Source of the DNA: Evtepia sp.
GTDB taxonomy: Bacteria; Bacillota; Clostridia; Oscillospirales; Oscillospiraceae
Assembly (NCBI RefSeq): GCF_034090835.1
Contig: NZ_JAXDRS010000002.1
Location: 741-64,740, forward strand
Direction: 5' to 3'
Length of the DNA: 64,000 nt
In this document: positions 47,785-59,587 of the stretch, one piece after another
How the letters are laid out: every line of letters begins with the position of its first letter
Numbering within the stretch: the first letter of the stretch is position 1
Translations under genes and position numbers: made by a program
Notes under the pieces: generated by a model
Database searches by the model: none
Told to the model about the DNA's origin: nothing
The model's input: the letters and a program-made list of their open reading frames with translations, nothing else

Positions 47785-48999
47785 TTATCTGCCAATAGAC
47801 CGGATGACCTTGCTGTTGGCTTTGTCCACCACCGAAGAATCCAGTAGGGCCAAATAGATGCGGGTCGTATCTTCCGAATCATGCCCTAACGCCTCGCTGA
47901 TGACAGGCACGGGCACATTCTGACTCTTGGCGATGCTGGCCCACCCATGCCTTGCGACATAAAACGTGAGCTTGATGGGACATTCAACCATCCGGCCAAT
48001 CTTTTGCAACCGCTTGTTCATCACATGCGAGGCATTCAGGTATTGCCGTCTTTCCTTTTCTCCCGGCACCTTGATGATGGGAAGAAGGTAAGGAGAATCC
48101 GGATTTGTGTATTTCCGGACAATTTCCTGCATGGGCTGCTCCCATTTGATGCAAAGCTGTTGGTCGGTCTTGTGCCGCCGATAGACAAGCACGCCGTTTT
48201 GCAAATCTTTCTTTTTCAAGAAAGCCAAGTCCACGAAAGACATGCCGCGAAGATAAAAGCAGAGCAGGAACAGGTTCCGGGCGAAAGCCAAGGCCGGATA
48301 TAATTCCAAATCCAGATTCTTGATCCGTCCGATGATTTCTGAGGATACGCCCCTTTTGACCGTCTTCTCAACTCCCGTATGGACATGGCGGAACGGACTG
48401 CGGTTTTCCACCAATCCTTCCTCCGATGCCCTATTATATAAGGTACGCAGATTGCGCAAGTAAAAAGATACCGTATTCGGGCATTTCCCGTTCTGCTTCA
48501 GGTAAGCCTCGTATTCCATCATCATGACGGAATCCATCGCATCCAAAGGTACATCTCCCGCTTCGCCCCGGAAACGGATGAAACTGTTGAGTGAACTGGC
48601 ATAGACTTCGGATGTCCGCTCTTTCCCCATGCGTTTGGTCTGGTCGATGACTTTCCGGGCATAGACAAAGAAACAGTCGTCATGTCCTTCCGGACTGTGA
48701 TAGGCAAGGACTATCTGCTCGGAAGAAAGTTTCCCTGACTGTTCCAGCTTCCGGATAATGCCGTTCAACCGTTTCTGGTCTTCCTCCATACGGAAACGCA
48801 AGGCTTCCAGATAGCGTTCCCGGTCCGGATTGCCTTTCACGCTGCGGATTTTGCCCGCTTCCTTGTCCCATTCATAAAGGTGCAATTTATACCCCGTACT
48901 AATCAGGCGGGTCTGCCGCCCGTGTATCACTTGATAACATAACGTGCCCTCTTTGCCTGCGACCGAAGAGGACCTGAACTTGATTTTTATTGTTGCCAT
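47785..48999 (-). CDS. tyrosine site-specific recombinase (probable promoter invertase)
   Basis: N-terminal arm-binding-like domain, LRGMSFVDL, YVARHGWAS, ALGHDSEDTTRIY; adjacent to the invertible cassettes. Confidence 0.9.
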   Translation of the reverse strand: MATIKIKFRSSSVAGKEGTLCYQVIHGRQTRLISTGYKLHLYEWDKEAGKIRSVKGNPDRERYLEALRFRMEEDQKRLNGIIRKLEQSGKLSSEQIVLAYHSPEGHDDCFFVYARKVIDQTKRMGKERTSEVYASSLNSFIRFRGEAGDVPLDAMDSVMMMEYEAYLKQNGKCPNTVSFYLRNLRTLYNRASEEGLVENRSPFRHVHTGVEKTVKRGVSSEIIGRIKNLDLELYPALAFARNLFLLCFYLRGMSFVDLAFLKKKDLQNGVLVYRRHKTDQQLCIKWEQPMQEIVRKYTNPDSPYLLPIIKVPGEKERRQYLNASHVMNKRLQKIGRMVECPIKLTFYVARHGWASIAKSQNVPVPVISEALGHDSEDTTRIYLALLDSSVVDKANSKVIRSIGR

Positions 49000-49091
49000 A
49001 ATAATCGTTTTTTTTGCTGATAAAATATAAGTGAGCCGGGGACATACGGTTGTCCTCCCGTATGCCCCTTAACTGTTTTTATCCAAGCGCC

Positions 49092-52000
49092 TCAAATCCT
49101 CACTTTCTTTACCTGCGGTAAAGGTGCCTCCGTTTGCATTTCCGGACGGATATGCCAAGTGTGCCTGTCTGATGGCGGAGTCGGGACGATTTCATGAGAT
49201 ACCCCGGCATGGAGACTTTCTTTCTGGGATTCTTTTCCCTTTCCGTCTTCTTCCAGTACTGGCTCTTGTTTAGGAGCCAGTTCCAACTGTATCTTGCGGT
49301 CAAGAGCGGAAAGTTCGGATTTCAGTTGTTTCAGTTCCTCCTCCTTCTTCCACGTCTTGCCCGCTATCTCCTGCAACTGCGGTATCTCACGCTCCAGCAC
49401 CTCGTTCTTTTCCTCGTACTGCTTGATAATCGCCGGGATACGCTCCAACGCATTGAGGAAGTTCAAGGCGGCGGCATGGGTGTCCGCCATCGCCAAATGC
49501 CCGTTGTTGTAGGTGTACTTGTAGTTACCCTCGACATGGAAACGGTTGTCGATGAACTCCAACCCCTCGCTGAGCGTCCGCTCGCTCACCACCTTGATGG
49601 GGAAGCCGTACAATTCACCGATACGCTGGGGTACTCCGCCTGTCGTGGCGTTCTTGGCTATATCCTGCAACCGCTTTCCGATGGCCTTTTCATCGGTGGT
49701 GTCCAGCCCGTCAATCTTTATCAGGTTGAGCCGGTTTCCGTCCTTGTCGATCTGTGCGGCAGCGGTGAACTTCTCCCAATCCTCCGTCATGGCGGCGATA
49801 ATGGCTTGGTTGTTGCGCAGAGCGGTTGTCTTGCTTTCCAGCTTCAGTTCAGAATCGCGCTTGCCCCTGTTGAACGACTTGCGCTCACCCTCCAGCGAGG
49901 CGATTTTCTTTTCGAGCTTCGCCTTGTCCAGCAAGTCCGTGTTGCCCGACAGTATCGCCATGTATTCTGAGAAGTTCATGCCCGACTTCTCGTCCATCGC
50001 CCCCTCGTCGATGGTTCGTGCGCCCATCGCGCCGGACTTCAACTGCGATATGAACGTCTGCTTGCAGTGCAACAAGTTGAACTTGTACGAGTCCAGCGAC
50101 TTCTCCACGGCATAGATGATGACGTCCACCTTGTTGTCCGCGTACAGCTTGGCAATCTCGTTGCCTTTCCTGACCGCCCGTCCGTCACGCTGGGCGAGGT
50201 CGGACGGCCGCCACGGCGTGTCGAGGTGATGGATGGCGACCGCCCTGCGCTGGGCATTCACACCCGTGCCGAGCATACTCGTCGATCCGAACAGCACACG
50301 CACCTGCCCCTCGTTCATCGCCTCGATGACCGCCTTCCTTGCCTTCTCGGTCTTGCACTCCTGAATGAAGCGGATTTCATGGGCGGGTATGCCGTAGTCC
50401 TCCACCAGCTTGCGCTTGATTTCGGTATAGACGCTCCATCCGCCGCCCGGCTGGAATGTACCGAGGTCGCTGAACACGAACTGCGTACCCCTCTGCGCAT
50501 CGTATTTATGATAGTATTCCGCTATCATCTTGGCGCAATGGCTCGCCTTGTTGTCGGGGTGGTCTTCGTAATTCGGGTCAATCATGCGCATGTCCAATGC
50601 CATCTTCCGGGCATAGTCCGTGGCGATGAGCATCTTCGCCTTTTCCTCTGTTTCCGACAGCGGCGGCCTGCCTAAGATAGTCGCATCGCCGGACTTGGCG
50701 AACTGCATCAGCTTTCCGATAAACACCTCTTGGTCGGGCGTGGGCGGAATGTGGTGCAGTATCTCGTTCTTCTTCGGACGTTCCACGCCAATGTCCTCCG
50801 CCGTGCGGTAGTCGGTTATCTCGTTGTAGAACGCCGCCAGTTCGGGTACTTTAATAAAGTAGCGGAAACGTTCCTTCTGCACGATGCTGTTCGTTACGTT
50901 GAACTCAAAGTCGGTCGTCTTCTTAGCGAATATCGCCGCCCATGCGTCGAAACAGCGGATGTCCTGCTTCTCCAACGCCTTCGGGCGCAGGTACTTGAAC
51001 AGCAGATATAACTCCGTGAGGCTATTGGATATGGTCGTGCCGGAGAGGAACGTGGCTCCCAAATCCCTGCCCGTCCGTTCCTGTATGGTGCGGATGGCGA
51101 AAAGCAGGATCAGCGCCTTCTGGCTCCCCTCGGAGTTGCCCAGCCCCGCCACTCGGTCGTGGCGCGTGTTGAACGTCAGGTTCTTGAATTGGTGGCTCTC
51201 ATCGACAAAGAGGTGGTCGATGCCCATCTGCTTGAAGTCCGCCACGTCGTCCGCCCTCGTCTTGATGGCGTGTTCCACCTTTTCCAATTTGGCTTGCAGG
51301 TTGAACTTGCGTTTCTCCAAGCCCCGCAGCATGGCGCGTGACACGTCCTTGCCCTGACTACGCAATACCTCAAGGTTTTCCTCCACCGTGTCCAGTTCCG
51401 CCTGCAAGATGCGCTGCTGCAACTCCGGCGACTGCGGGATCTTTCCGAACTGGTCGTGCGACATGATGACGCAATCCCAATCGTTGTTCTTGATGTCGTT
51501 GAAGAAGCGCACCCGGTTGGCGGCGGAAAAGTCCTTCTCCGAGGCGTAGAGGATGCGGGCGTTGGGGTAAGCCTTGCGGTAGGTCTCGGCAATCTCCCTC
51601 ACGTTGGCTTTCAACCCGATAATCATCGGCTTGTGCGCCAAGCCCAGACGCTTCATCTCGTAGGAGGCGACGCACATTATCAGCGTCTTGCCGCCGCCAA
51701 CTTCCTGGTCGCCTATGCCGCCGCCGTTCTGTTTCACCATCCATACGCAATCCTTCTGCGAGGGGTACAAGTCCTTTATGCCCAAGCCTTTCAGGTCCAA
51801 GCCCGGGAACTTCTGGTGCGAGCCGTCGTACTTCGGGCGCACGAAGCAGTTGAACTTGCCGTTGTACATATCTGTCAGGCGTTTCTTGAACTCCGGCGAC
51901 TGTTCTTCCAGCCATTCGGTGAAGCCGTTTCGGATTTCGTCAATCTTCGCGTTGGCGAGCTGGATGCCCTCGCTGTCGCGCACCTTGATGTCGTTCCCGT

Positions 52001-55000
52001 TTTCGTCCTTGCCGATGCTTTTCATCATGTCCGGGCAGGTGTTGTGCAGCGCGTGTTTCAGCAGGTTCATGCCGTCGTAGTTGCGGTAATAGCCCTTTAC
52101 CAGAAACTCGTCTGTGATTTTCATCGTCTTGCAGGCACAGTTCACGGAATACTCGTCAAGGCTTTCCGAGTAGGTTATCCGCACGTCCGTGTCGAACAGG
52201 CGGCTCATGTAGGCGGCATACACGCCCGTGGGTATCCAACGCTCCCCGAAGTTGAAGTCCAAGTCCTCGAAGGGGATTTGTTCGGGCACATTCTCGCGCA
52301 AAGCCGCCAATGACTCCTGCGCCTGCGGCAGCATTGCGTGTCCCTCGTGTTCCCTAATCCAGCCCTCCACGTCGGCGACTTTCTGCACCACGTTCCCGGC
52401 GATGAAGCGGTCGGCAATCTCGTAGCCCTCCGCCAACGGGTTGTAGAACACCCGCCCTTTCAGGGCTTCCAGCATCTCCGCTTGCGGCAGGTCGCAGAGG
52501 GATTCCATGTAGGGCAGGTTCACGCCGCCGTACAGGTTGAGCGAGGCGGACAGGGCTTCTTCGGGCGATTCCACTTCGACCAATGTTTCCTGCGAAAAGG
52601 AAACGGGACGGTCGAAGATGTCCGCCTTGACAAACTGCCCGTCCTCGCCGCGCTCCAACGAGAGCATGTTGCGCCCCGAAGCGTCCATCAGGATGAACTT
52701 TGCGTTGTGCTTGGCGTTCAGGTTGCCGTAGCGCATGACGAACTCATCGTAGTAGGTGTTCAGGTTGCGGCGCAGCAGGGCGTTTTCCTCGTGGTTCTCC
52801 GCTTCGTGGACGTAGAGCCGCTCGTAGGTGTTACGCAGGTCGATGTACAACTGTGCCTTCTGCGCCTGCATCCCCTCCATGTCGAGCGGCTGGAAAGTCG
52901 CCCCGTACCTGGTGACATCCCTCAGCACCCCGATTTGGAAGCGGACGCCGCCTGTGTGTTCCCATACCAGAGAGCCGTCTTTCAAGTGCGGCTCCATGAT
53001 GCCCTTGAACGGGCGTGGCATCATCGCTTCCTCTTTCCGGCGTTGCCGTTCTTCGGGTGTCAAGGCGGCTTCTTCCTCGCGCATTTCCCTTTCCACACGC
53101 TCGATTTGCGCTTTCCCTTCCGCCTCAAAACCGTTCTCAACGGGATAAAATGGGCGCACGGACGATGGTTGCTCCATTTCCGTAGCCTGTCTTTCTTCTT
53201 TTTTCGCCTCCGCCGCCCTTTCCGCCTGTTTGGCTGCATTGGCATCCATCTTCTCCCGACCGAGGCGGCGCAGTTCCGCCCGGCGTTCCGGCGTGAGCGA
53301 CATCATCATTTCATAGAAGCCGTTGATGGGCGGGTTGGTCTCCCAGTCCAGACTGCGGTAGATGGCATCCTCCGGGTCATCGTCCTCTGTGGTTTCGGAA
53401 GCGTCTTTCACATCGGGTGAAGTGGCAGAAACGGTTTCCTGTCGGGACGCTTGCGGCACATCCATCCTGTTGCGGATAATTTCCTCCATTTCCTGCGCTT
53501 CTTCCGGAGTCAAGGACGTGATGTCGGAAGCCGCTTCTGTGGATTTGGCTTTCACTTTTCCGCTTTCTTTTTTCGCCGCTTCCTCCTTTCCGCTCTTCGG
53601 GAGGGAGAACAATGTTGGCTGTACGGCTTTCTTCCCTTTGGACTTACCGCTTTTCTTCCGTTCCGGTTTCAGCCCCCGTTCCGCCAACCGCCGCTCTTCC
53701 TGCGTGTAGCCGAACAGGTCGTACAAGTCCATAACCGGGGCTTCGGGGCGTTTGCTTTCCACCTCCTGAGCCACGGCTTGCACCGGTTCCGCTTTCAACT
53801 GTACCGACTTTTCTTCTTTTTTCGCCTCCGTCTGCATAGGTTGTACGACAATCGTCTGCCGAGTCTCCTGCCTTTTTTCCTTGATGCCATTATAGCGTTC
53901 CAAGTCCAGCCGTGCCGACAAGTCCGCCGACAGCATTTGGTACAAATCCGTTGCGATGCCCTCCACACCACCGCTGTGCGTATAAACCATAGCGGGCTTA
54001 CCGTAAGGGTCGGTGTCCCTTTTCGCGTCGGTATGGATGATGCGTTCCGGGTGGTCGAGGAAATACCCGTTGGAAACAATGTTCGTGTGGTTGCTCTTTA
54101 CCACATCGCCCAACCTCTTGTCTTCCTCGGAAAGTTCCTCCTTGCCTTCATTCTTTTGCAGGATTATCAGGTCACACCCCACCTCCGTGTTGGCATCTTC
54201 CGTGAACAGGTTGTTCGGCAGGCGGATGGCGGACACCAAGTCCGCTTTCCTTGTCATCATGTAGCGTGTGCCGCCGTTGCTTTCCGTATTCAATACCCCC
54301 TGCGAGGTGATGAACGCCACGATGCCGCCGTCACGCACCGCGTCCAGCCCTTTCAGGAAGAAATAGGTATGCACCTTCCTTGCCGCTATCTTCTTGAACA
54401 CCGAGCCGTTGGCATATTCCGGGTCGAACACCGCGATGTCCCCGAAAGGGATGTTGGATATGGCAAGGTCAAAACGGTTCAGGAACGGCTTTTCTATCTT
54501 CTCGAAGCCCTCCGTGCGTATCTTCTGCTGCGGGTACAGGTGTCCCAGCATCTTGCCCGTCAGCAGGTCTTTCTCGAAGGCCATCACCTCCGCCTGCGGG
54601 TTGTCCGACAGCACCGAGCCGATGAACGCGCCCATGCCCGCTGACGGCTCCAGCACGAGGTTGGGGCGCACCTTCTTGTCGTGCAGCACGTCCGCGATGG
54701 TGTCGGTTATTGCTTTCGGGGTGTAGAACGCCGTCAGCACCGAGGCTTTAAGCGAGTCCACGTAGCGTTTGTACTCCGTTTCATCCTTGCTGTTCTCTCT
54801 AATGATTCGGTGCAGTTCCACCGTAGGCGCGAACAGTTCGAGGTCGGACTTCGCCCAACGCGCGGCGTCCGCCAGTTCCCTTGCCGGGTTCAGGATGCAC
54901 TTCAGGCCCCCGAAGCCGCAGTAACGCTCTAATAGCGCACGTTCCCTCTCGGTGGGTGTGCGCCGCTCCCGGTCCAGCGTGAACGCCGTGCGTACCGCCT

Positions 55001-55040
55001 CGATGTTGTCGCGCATCTTCTGTTTCCTATTGAACGCCAT
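49092..55040 (-). CDS. N6-adenine DNA methylase / SNF2-type helicase fusion (DarB-like)
   Basis: LEPSAGMG and NIPFG methylase motifs; [34 protein letters not shown] helicase motifs; 1982 aa. Confidence 0.9.
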   Translation of the reverse strand: MAFNRKQKMRDNIEAVRTAFTLDRERRTPTERERALLERYCGFGGLKCILNPARELADAARWAKSDLELFAPTVELHRIIRENSKDETEYKRYVDSLKASVLTAFYTPKAITDTIADVLHDKKVRPNLVLEPSAGMGAFIGSVLSDNPQAEVMAFEKDLLTGKMLGHLYPQQKIRTEGFEKIEKPFLNRFDLAISNIPFGDIAVFDPEYANGSVFKKIAARKVHTYFFLKGLDAVRDGGIVAFITSQGVLNTESNGGTRYMMTRKADLVSAIRLPNNLFTEDANTEVGCDLIILQKNEGKEELSEEDKRLGDVVKSNHTNIVSNGYFLDHPERIIHTDAKRDTDPYGKPAMVYTHSGGVEGIATDLYQMLSADLSARLDLERYNGIKEKRQETRQTIVVQPMQTEAKKEEKSVQLKAEPVQAVAQEVESKRPEAPVMDLYDLFGYTQEERRLAERGLKPERKKSGKSKGKKAVQPTLFSLPKSGKEEAAKKESGKVKAKSTEAASDITSLTPEEAQEMEEIIRNRMDVPQASRQETVSATSPDVKDASETTEDDDPEDAIYRSLDWETNPPINGFYEMMMSLTPERRAELRRLGREKMDANAAKQAERAAEAKKEERQATEMEQPSSVRPFYPVENGFEAEGKAQIERVEREMREEEAALTPEERQRRKEEAMMPRPFKGIMEPHLKDGSLVWEHTGGVRFQIGVLRDVTRYGATFQPLDMEGMQAQKAQLYIDLRNTYERLYVHEAENHEENALLRRNLNTYYDEFVMRYGNLNAKHNAKFILMDASGRNMLSLERGEDGQFVKADIFDRPVSFSQETLVEVESPEEALSASLNLYGGVNLPYMESLCDLPQAEMLEALKGRVFYNPLAEGYEIADRFIAGNVVQKVADVEGWIREHEGHAMLPQAQESLAALRENVPEQIPFEDLDFNFGERWIPTGVYAAYMSRLFDTDVRITYSESLDEYSVNCACKTMKITDEFLVKGYYRNYDGMNLLKHALHNTCPDMMKSIGKDENGNDIKVRDSEGIQLANAKIDEIRNGFTEWLEEQSPEFKKRLTDMYNGKFNCFVRPKYDGSHQKFPGLDLKGLGIKDLYPSQKDCVWMVKQNGGGIGDQEVGGGKTLIMCVASYEMKRLGLAHKPMIIGLKANVREIAETYRKAYPNARILYASEKDFSAANRVRFFNDIKNNDWDCVIMSHDQFGKIPQSPELQQRILQAELDTVEENLEVLRSQGKDVSRAMLRGLEKRKFNLQAKLEKVEHAIKTRADDVADFKQMGIDHLFVDESHQFKNLTFNTRHDRVAGLGNSEGSQKALILLFAIRTIQERTGRDLGATFLSGTTISNSLTELYLLFKYLRPKALEKQDIRCFDAWAAIFAKKTTDFEFNVTNSIVQKERFRYFIKVPELAAFYNEITDYRTAEDIGVERPKKNEILHHIPPTPDQEVFIGKLMQFAKSGDATILGRPPLSETEEKAKMLIATDYARKMALDMRMIDPNYEDHPDNKASHCAKMIAEYYHKYDAQRGTQFVFSDLGTFQPGGGWSVYTEIKRKLVEDYGIPAHEIRFIQECKTEKARKAVIEAMNEGQVRVLFGSTSMLGTGVNAQRRAVAIHHLDTPWRPSDLAQRDGRAVRKGNEIAKLYADNKVDVIIYAVEKSLDSYKFNLLHCKQTFISQLKSGAMGARTIDEGAMDEKSGMNFSEYMAILSGNTDLLDKAKLEKKIASLEGERKSFNRGKRDSELKLESKTTALRNNQAIIAAMTEDWEKFTAAAQIDKDGNRLNLIKIDGLDTTDEKAIGKRLQDIAKNATTGGVPQRIGELYGFPIKVVSERTLSEGLEFIDNRFHVEGNYKYTYNNGHLAMADTHAAALNFLNALERIPAIIKQYEEKNEVLEREIPQLQEIAGKTWKKEEELKQLKSELSALDRKIQLELAPKQEPVLEEDGKGKESQKESLHAGVSHEIVPTPPSDRHTWHIRPEMQTEAPLPQVKKVRI

Positions 55041-55479
55041 AGGACTCCAGATAAAGCATGACGGTTCCCACCAGCTCCGTGTAGAGCAGGTCGTGTCCGG
55101 GCGACAGGGCGAAGGTGTCGTCCGACGTGTCGTAACCGGCGAACAGGTTTGTCAAGTAGGGATAAAGCTCGTTGCAGAACGCCTCGCGGCCGGATTCCGC
55201 CACCTCGTCGGCGAACTCGTTTTCCACGACCTCGCGCAGCAGGGCGTAGGGCGAGAAGTGCAGCCCGTGCAGCAGGACGCGCATGGCTTCCTCGTGGGCA
55301 TACTCGACCGTACTTCCTGCCGACCTTTCTTTTTCAAAGGTGGTGGCGGCAGCTTCCTCCCTCTCTGCAATAAGGTACGTGTCGGAAACTTTGTCGGGAT
55401 GGTATTTTCTCAGGTAGTCCAGCAGGTACAGCCCGTAGTAGGACAGTTCCGCTGGGACGGTTTTCTTGTTCTGTTTCAT
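55027..55479 (-). CDS. DUF1896 family protein
   Basis: [23 protein letters not shown]; precedes the helicase as in Bacteroidales ICEs. Confidence 0.85.
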   Translation of the reverse strand: MKQNKKTVPAELSYYGLYLLDYLRKYHPDKVSDTYLIAEREEAAATTFEKERSAGSTVEYAHEEAMRVLLHGLHFSPYALLREVVENEFADEVAESGREAFCNELYPYLTNLFAGYDTSDDTFALSPGHDLLYTELVGTVMLYLESYGVQ

Positions 55480-55533
55480 TTTCTGATGGATTTAGTGGTG
55501 AAAAATCAGATTGTGGAATGGATAGGAAAGAAG

Positions 55534-55623
55534 AAAAAAGGCACCCGGTATCCCTCCGAGTGCCGCCACTAAATCCATGTGAATAACGAGTATCAACGAA
55601 TTGAAACAGATTATGACATGAAT
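55534..55623 (-). ncRNA. candidate ~90-nt small RNA (RteR-like) downstream of topB
   Basis: TACTTTTG promoter motif at 55637-55630, then terminator GGCACTCGG-AGGGATA-CCGGGTGCC-TTTTTT at 55564-55534. Confidence 0.55.
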
Positions 55624-55716
55624 CAGTGGCAAAAGTAATGCAAATCGAGGGGAGAACAAAATAAGCTCGCTTATTTTTTATTCCGAGATGCAGCTTACTT
55701 TATTAAAAGGTACGTA

Positions 55717-57819
55717 TTATTTTCTTCCTCCTTTCCTGTTAGTGAATTTTTTTGTGCCTTTGGCTTCGGGAAACACGAATTTTGTATTGAAATCCGCATC
55801 GAATGTGACCATTGCGCTGAACGGCTTGCCCTGCCTGCTCTTGAAGCCGTTGAGGACACCCGTGCTGCCTTTTGCCAGCAGTTCGTTCATTTCCGCGTCG
55901 GTGAGCGTCCTGCCCGCCATCTGGCGGAACACGGGCAGGGCGCAGTCCGGGTTGTCGCAGCGCACCACCTTGCCGTAGAACTGCATCGTACCCTTGCCGC
56001 ACTTGGGGCAGGCACAGTCCGATGCCTTGTGCCCGAACAACTTGTCCGAGGCAAGCAGTTCCGTGGTGATTTTCCGGGTATAGCTTTCAATGTCGCGGAT
56101 GAATGCCTCGTGCGGCATCCTGCCTTTTTCTATCTCCGCCAGTTCCGCCTCCCAGCGTCCCGTCATCTCCACGTCGGCGATGTCCATGCCCCTGACGATG
56201 GAATACAGGGCAAGCCCTTTCTCCGTCGGCACGAGCGACTTCTTCACGCGCACCATGTATTCCCTTTTGAGCAGGGTCTCGATGATGGCGGCACGGGTGG
56301 CGGGCGTGCCGATGCCGCAGTCCTTCAACGCCTGCCGCGCTTCCTCGTCCTCCAAGCCCTCGCGCCCGGCGGTCTCCATCGCCGCCAGCAGGGTGCTTTC
56401 GGTATGCAACGGCTTCGGGCGTGTCATGCCCGAACTCATCGAACAGCCGCTCATTGCCAATATATCACCTTCTTTCCAGTCGGGCAAAACGGTGTCTATG
56501 TTGTCCTCGCCATAGACCGACCGCCAGCCCGCCTTGCGCACGATGCAGCCTTTTGTCTCGAACGCTATGCCCTCACACTCCGCCCGGACGGTGGTCGTGT
56601 CCTTGACGCACTCCGGGGAGAACGCTTCCACCATGCGCCCCACAATCATGTCGTAGATGGTCTGCTCGTCCTTGTAGAGCGCCAATGGACGGTTGGGTGT
56701 CACCAACAGGGCATGGTGGTCGGTCACTTTCGAGGCGTCCACGCTGCGGCGGTTCAGTCCGTCCAAGGCTCCAATCTTCTCCGCAAAGGAAGAATGGGTT
56801 GCCAGACGGTCGAACAGCATGGGCACTTCGTCAAACACGTCCTCCGGGATGTAGCGGCTTGATGTTCTCGGATAGGTGACGAGCTTCGCCTCGTAGAGCT
56901 TCTGCACGAGGGCGAGCGTCTGTTCCGCCGTGAAGCCGTGCCTCGTGTTCGCCTTCTTTTGTAGCGTGGTCAGGTCGTACAGGAGCGGAGGGTTCTCTAT
57001 CTTTTCCCTCTTTTCGACTTTGGTAACGGTTGCTGCCATCTGTTCCTTTACCTTATTATATAGTATGGCGGCTTCCTCCTTGTCCTTCCATTTCTCCACC
57101 GAGGCGAACTTCACGACCTCATCCACGCTCACCGACGGCGTGGTGAAATGGAGCTGGTATACCGGTTCGGGCTGGAAACGCTTGTTCTCCCAAAAACGTT
57201 GGCAGACCATCGTCAGCGTGGGTGTCTGCACCCGTCCCACGGAATACGTGCCGCGCCCGGCGGCCACCGACAACGCCTGTGTGCCGTTGATGCCTACCAG
57301 CCAGTCGGCTTCGCTGCGGGCTTTGGCGGCTTGATAGAGGTTGTCGTATTCGCGGCCGTCCTTCAGTTTCTTTAATCCCTTGCGGATGGCGGCATCTGTC
57401 AGCGAGCTTATCCACAGCCTTTGGAACGGCAGGGTGCAGCCGATATAGGAATACAAATACCTGAAAATCAGTTCGCCTTCACGGGCGCAGTCGGTCGCCA
57501 CGATGATGCCATCGCTTTCGTTCCACAGCTTGGTTATCACCTTGATTTGCTTCACCGCCGCCGCGTCCGCCTTGTAGCCCTTGTCCGTTTTTACCTGTCG
57601 GGGTATAAGCTCGAAGTTTTTAGGAATGACAGGCAGGCTGTCGCGCCGGAAGCCCTTGATGCCGTAGCCGTCTGGCAGGGCAAGCTGCACCAGATGCCCC
57701 AGCGCCCATGTCACGTGGTAGCCGTTCCCGGTGAAATACCCTTCTTCCCTTTTCATCGCGCCGACAATCCGTGCTATCTCACGGGCGACGCTCGGTTTTT
57801 CTGCCAATATGGTAATCAT
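55717..57819 (-). CDS. topB: type IA DNA topoisomerase III (Exc-like)
   Basis: AEKPSVA, ATDCAREGE, GRVQTPT, TYPRT, GTPATRA; C-terminal Zn ribbon. Confidence 0.93.
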   Translation of the reverse strand: MITILAEKPSVAREIARIVGAMKREEGYFTGNGYHVTWALGHLVQLALPDGYGIKGFRRDSLPVIPKNFELIPRQVKTDKGYKADAAAVKQIKVITKLWNESDGIIVATDCAREGELIFRYLYSYIGCTLPFQRLWISSLTDAAIRKGLKKLKDGREYDNLYQAAKARSEADWLVGINGTQALSVAAGRGTYSVGRVQTPTLTMVCQRFWENKRFQPEPVYQLHFTTPSVSVDEVVKFASVEKWKDKEEAAILYNKVKEQMAATVTKVEKREKIENPPLLYDLTTLQKKANTRHGFTAEQTLALVQKLYEAKLVTYPRTSSRYIPEDVFDEVPMLFDRLATHSSFAEKIGALDGLNRRSVDASKVTDHHALLVTPNRPLALYKDEQTIYDMIVGRMVEAFSPECVKDTTTVRAECEGIAFETKGCIVRKAGWRSVYGEDNIDTVLPDWKEGDILAMSGCSMSSGMTRPKPLHTESTLLAAMETAGREGLEDEEARQALKDCGIGTPATRAAIIETLLKREYMVRVKKSLVPTEKGLALYSIVRGMDIADVEMTGRWEAELAEIEKGRMPHEAFIRDIESYTRKITTELLASDKLFGHKASDCACPKCGKGTMQFYGKVVRCDNPDCALPVFRQMAGRTLTDAEMNELLAKGSTGVLNGFKSRQGKPFSAMVTFDADFNTKFVFPEAKGTKKFTNRKGGRK

Positions 57820-57968
57820 GTCTTTCTCTGTTTTTTTATTCGTTGATACTTTTGTCTTTAATGGGGATGAAACGGGGCACGGCATTGTTTGTGGGATATG
57901 CGCACAAGGCGGTGCATGTTCCCCGTTTCAGCCCGTCAATACTTATCGGATGGATTTAGTGGCGGCAA

Positions 57969-59555
57969 TCAGGAAGATACTTTCATGCCTTTGGATTTCT
58001 TGGCCTGCTGCTTCTGCTGCGCATCATTCTTCGGCGTGGTCTGACCCTGCTGCAACGGCTCTTTCACGTGTTTGGTCGCTTCGTTGGTCTTCCCTTCGTT
58101 GTTCACGGCGAGCTGTGTCCGGCTCTCGTTGGACGGTGCGACGGTCTGCGCGAGGTCGGGGTTCTGCGAGTAGGTCAGCGGTCGGCCTTTCTCGAAGTTG
58201 AACTTCAGGTACTTCGTGCAGGGCTGGCCTTGGTCGTCCTTCGCATTGGCGAGCACCACCGTCTTGCCCGCCACGTAGTCGGCTATCTGCTGGTCGGTAA
58301 ACACATCGTCTTTCCATTTCTTGATGGGGCGGATGCTCCCGTCCTCGTTTGTCCACGAGCGGTTACGGCGTTGCTGGTTATTCCCATCTTCTTCACCTTG
58401 TGACTGTTGGGGCGAATTGGAATTGTCCTGCGCCTTACCTTGGCCGTTTCCCTGACGCTGGGATTGCTGCTGCCTCGGTTGTCCCGGCACGAACTCCACA
58501 TCGCGCTTGTCGGCGTTCACCTGCAACAAGGCTTGGAACTTGCGCCCGTTGGAGAGCATCACTTCCTTGGGCAAAGGCAATCCCGCACGTAGGATGTCCT
58601 GCTCTTCCCTTGACAGGTTGGTCTGTCCGATTTTGTTAGGGATGCGCACCTTGTCGGCAGGGATGTCCACGATTTCATTCGTCAGGCGGTCGATGCTGAT
58701 GTAGTGGGGCTTGATTTCACCTGTCTTCTCGTTGGCGAAGTTGACGGGCTTGCCGAGGTTGCCCGTGCGTTTCAACGTCTTCTTGTCCTCTTCGGTGAAG
58801 GTGTAGCCCCTGTGGGGGATGTCAAGGCGTGGTTCATTGCGGATAAAATGGGGTGTCAGCTTCAGATAGCCGTCCTCCATCTTCTGGAAAGACAATCGGG
58901 CCTGCAATTCGTAACTCTCATAGCCGAAGGTCGGCTTTACCGTCACTAATCCCGTCTTGCCGTAGTTCATCAGGGCTTTTAGGTCCTTTTCCGAGAGTTT
59001 CTCCTTGTCAATGCCGCACTTGCGCAGTTCCTCCCAGTTTACTTGGTCGTCCGCTATCAGATTAGGCTTCTCCTGTGTTTCAGCTACCTGTGGCTGCTGA
59101 ACATCCTTCTCTTGTTTCAGTTCTTCTTTCTTTTCCATTTCTTCTGTCTTTTTAATGGGTTCGTTGTTATTTTTTTCTTGTTTGACATTCTCTGTTTCTG
59201 CTTGTTGCTGGTACTTGGCGGTGTCCACCTTGTGCGAGGCAAGTATCTCCGCGTTTGCCACGGGGTCTTTCAGGAAGTCCTTGATGACGGGAAGCAGCGT
59301 GTCCACCGCATCCGCCGCCACCCGATAGAAGCCGAAGCGCGTCGGCTCCTTGCACTGGCGGTAGAAGTTCTTGAAGAAATTGTCCACCATGTCCCCGTGG
59401 CGGTCGAAGCGCAGGAAGTCCTGCGAGTGTTCCGGCTTCGCGGGCTTCGTATTGGGGTAGCCCTTGCCGTCCAGCCCGGCGACCACGCTGATCTCGCCCG
59501 TTTTCTCGTCGCGGACGACCAGCACGTCCTCTTGCTTTTTCTTTTTCTGTTCCAT
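57969..59555 (-). CDS. DUF4099/DUF3945 domain protein
   Basis: NFFKNFYRQCKEPTRF, ISIDRLTNE, QLAVNNEGKTNEATK. Confidence 0.85.
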   Translation of the reverse strand: MEQKKKKQEDVLVVRDEKTGEISVVAGLDGKGYPNTKPAKPEHSQDFLRFDRHGDMVDNFFKNFYRQCKEPTRFGFYRVAADAVDTLLPVIKDFLKDPVANAEILASHKVDTAKYQQQAETENVKQEKNNNEPIKKTEEMEKKEELKQEKDVQQPQVAETQEKPNLIADDQVNWEELRKCGIDKEKLSEKDLKALMNYGKTGLVTVKPTFGYESYELQARLSFQKMEDGYLKLTPHFIRNEPRLDIPHRGYTFTEEDKKTLKRTGNLGKPVNFANEKTGEIKPHYISIDRLTNEIVDIPADKVRIPNKIGQTNLSREEQDILRAGLPLPKEVMLSNGRKFQALLQVNADKRDVEFVPGQPRQQQSQRQGNGQGKAQDNSNSPQQSQGEEDGNNQQRRNRSWTNEDGSIRPIKKWKDDVFTDQQIADYVAGKTVVLANAKDDQGQPCTKYLKFNFEKGRPLTYSQNPDLAQTVAPSNESRTQLAVNNEGKTNEATKHVKEPLQQGQTTPKNDAQQKQQAKKSKGMKVSS

Positions 59556-59587
59556 TTTTTTCGATGTTTTTTAATGGGTTATCAAAA

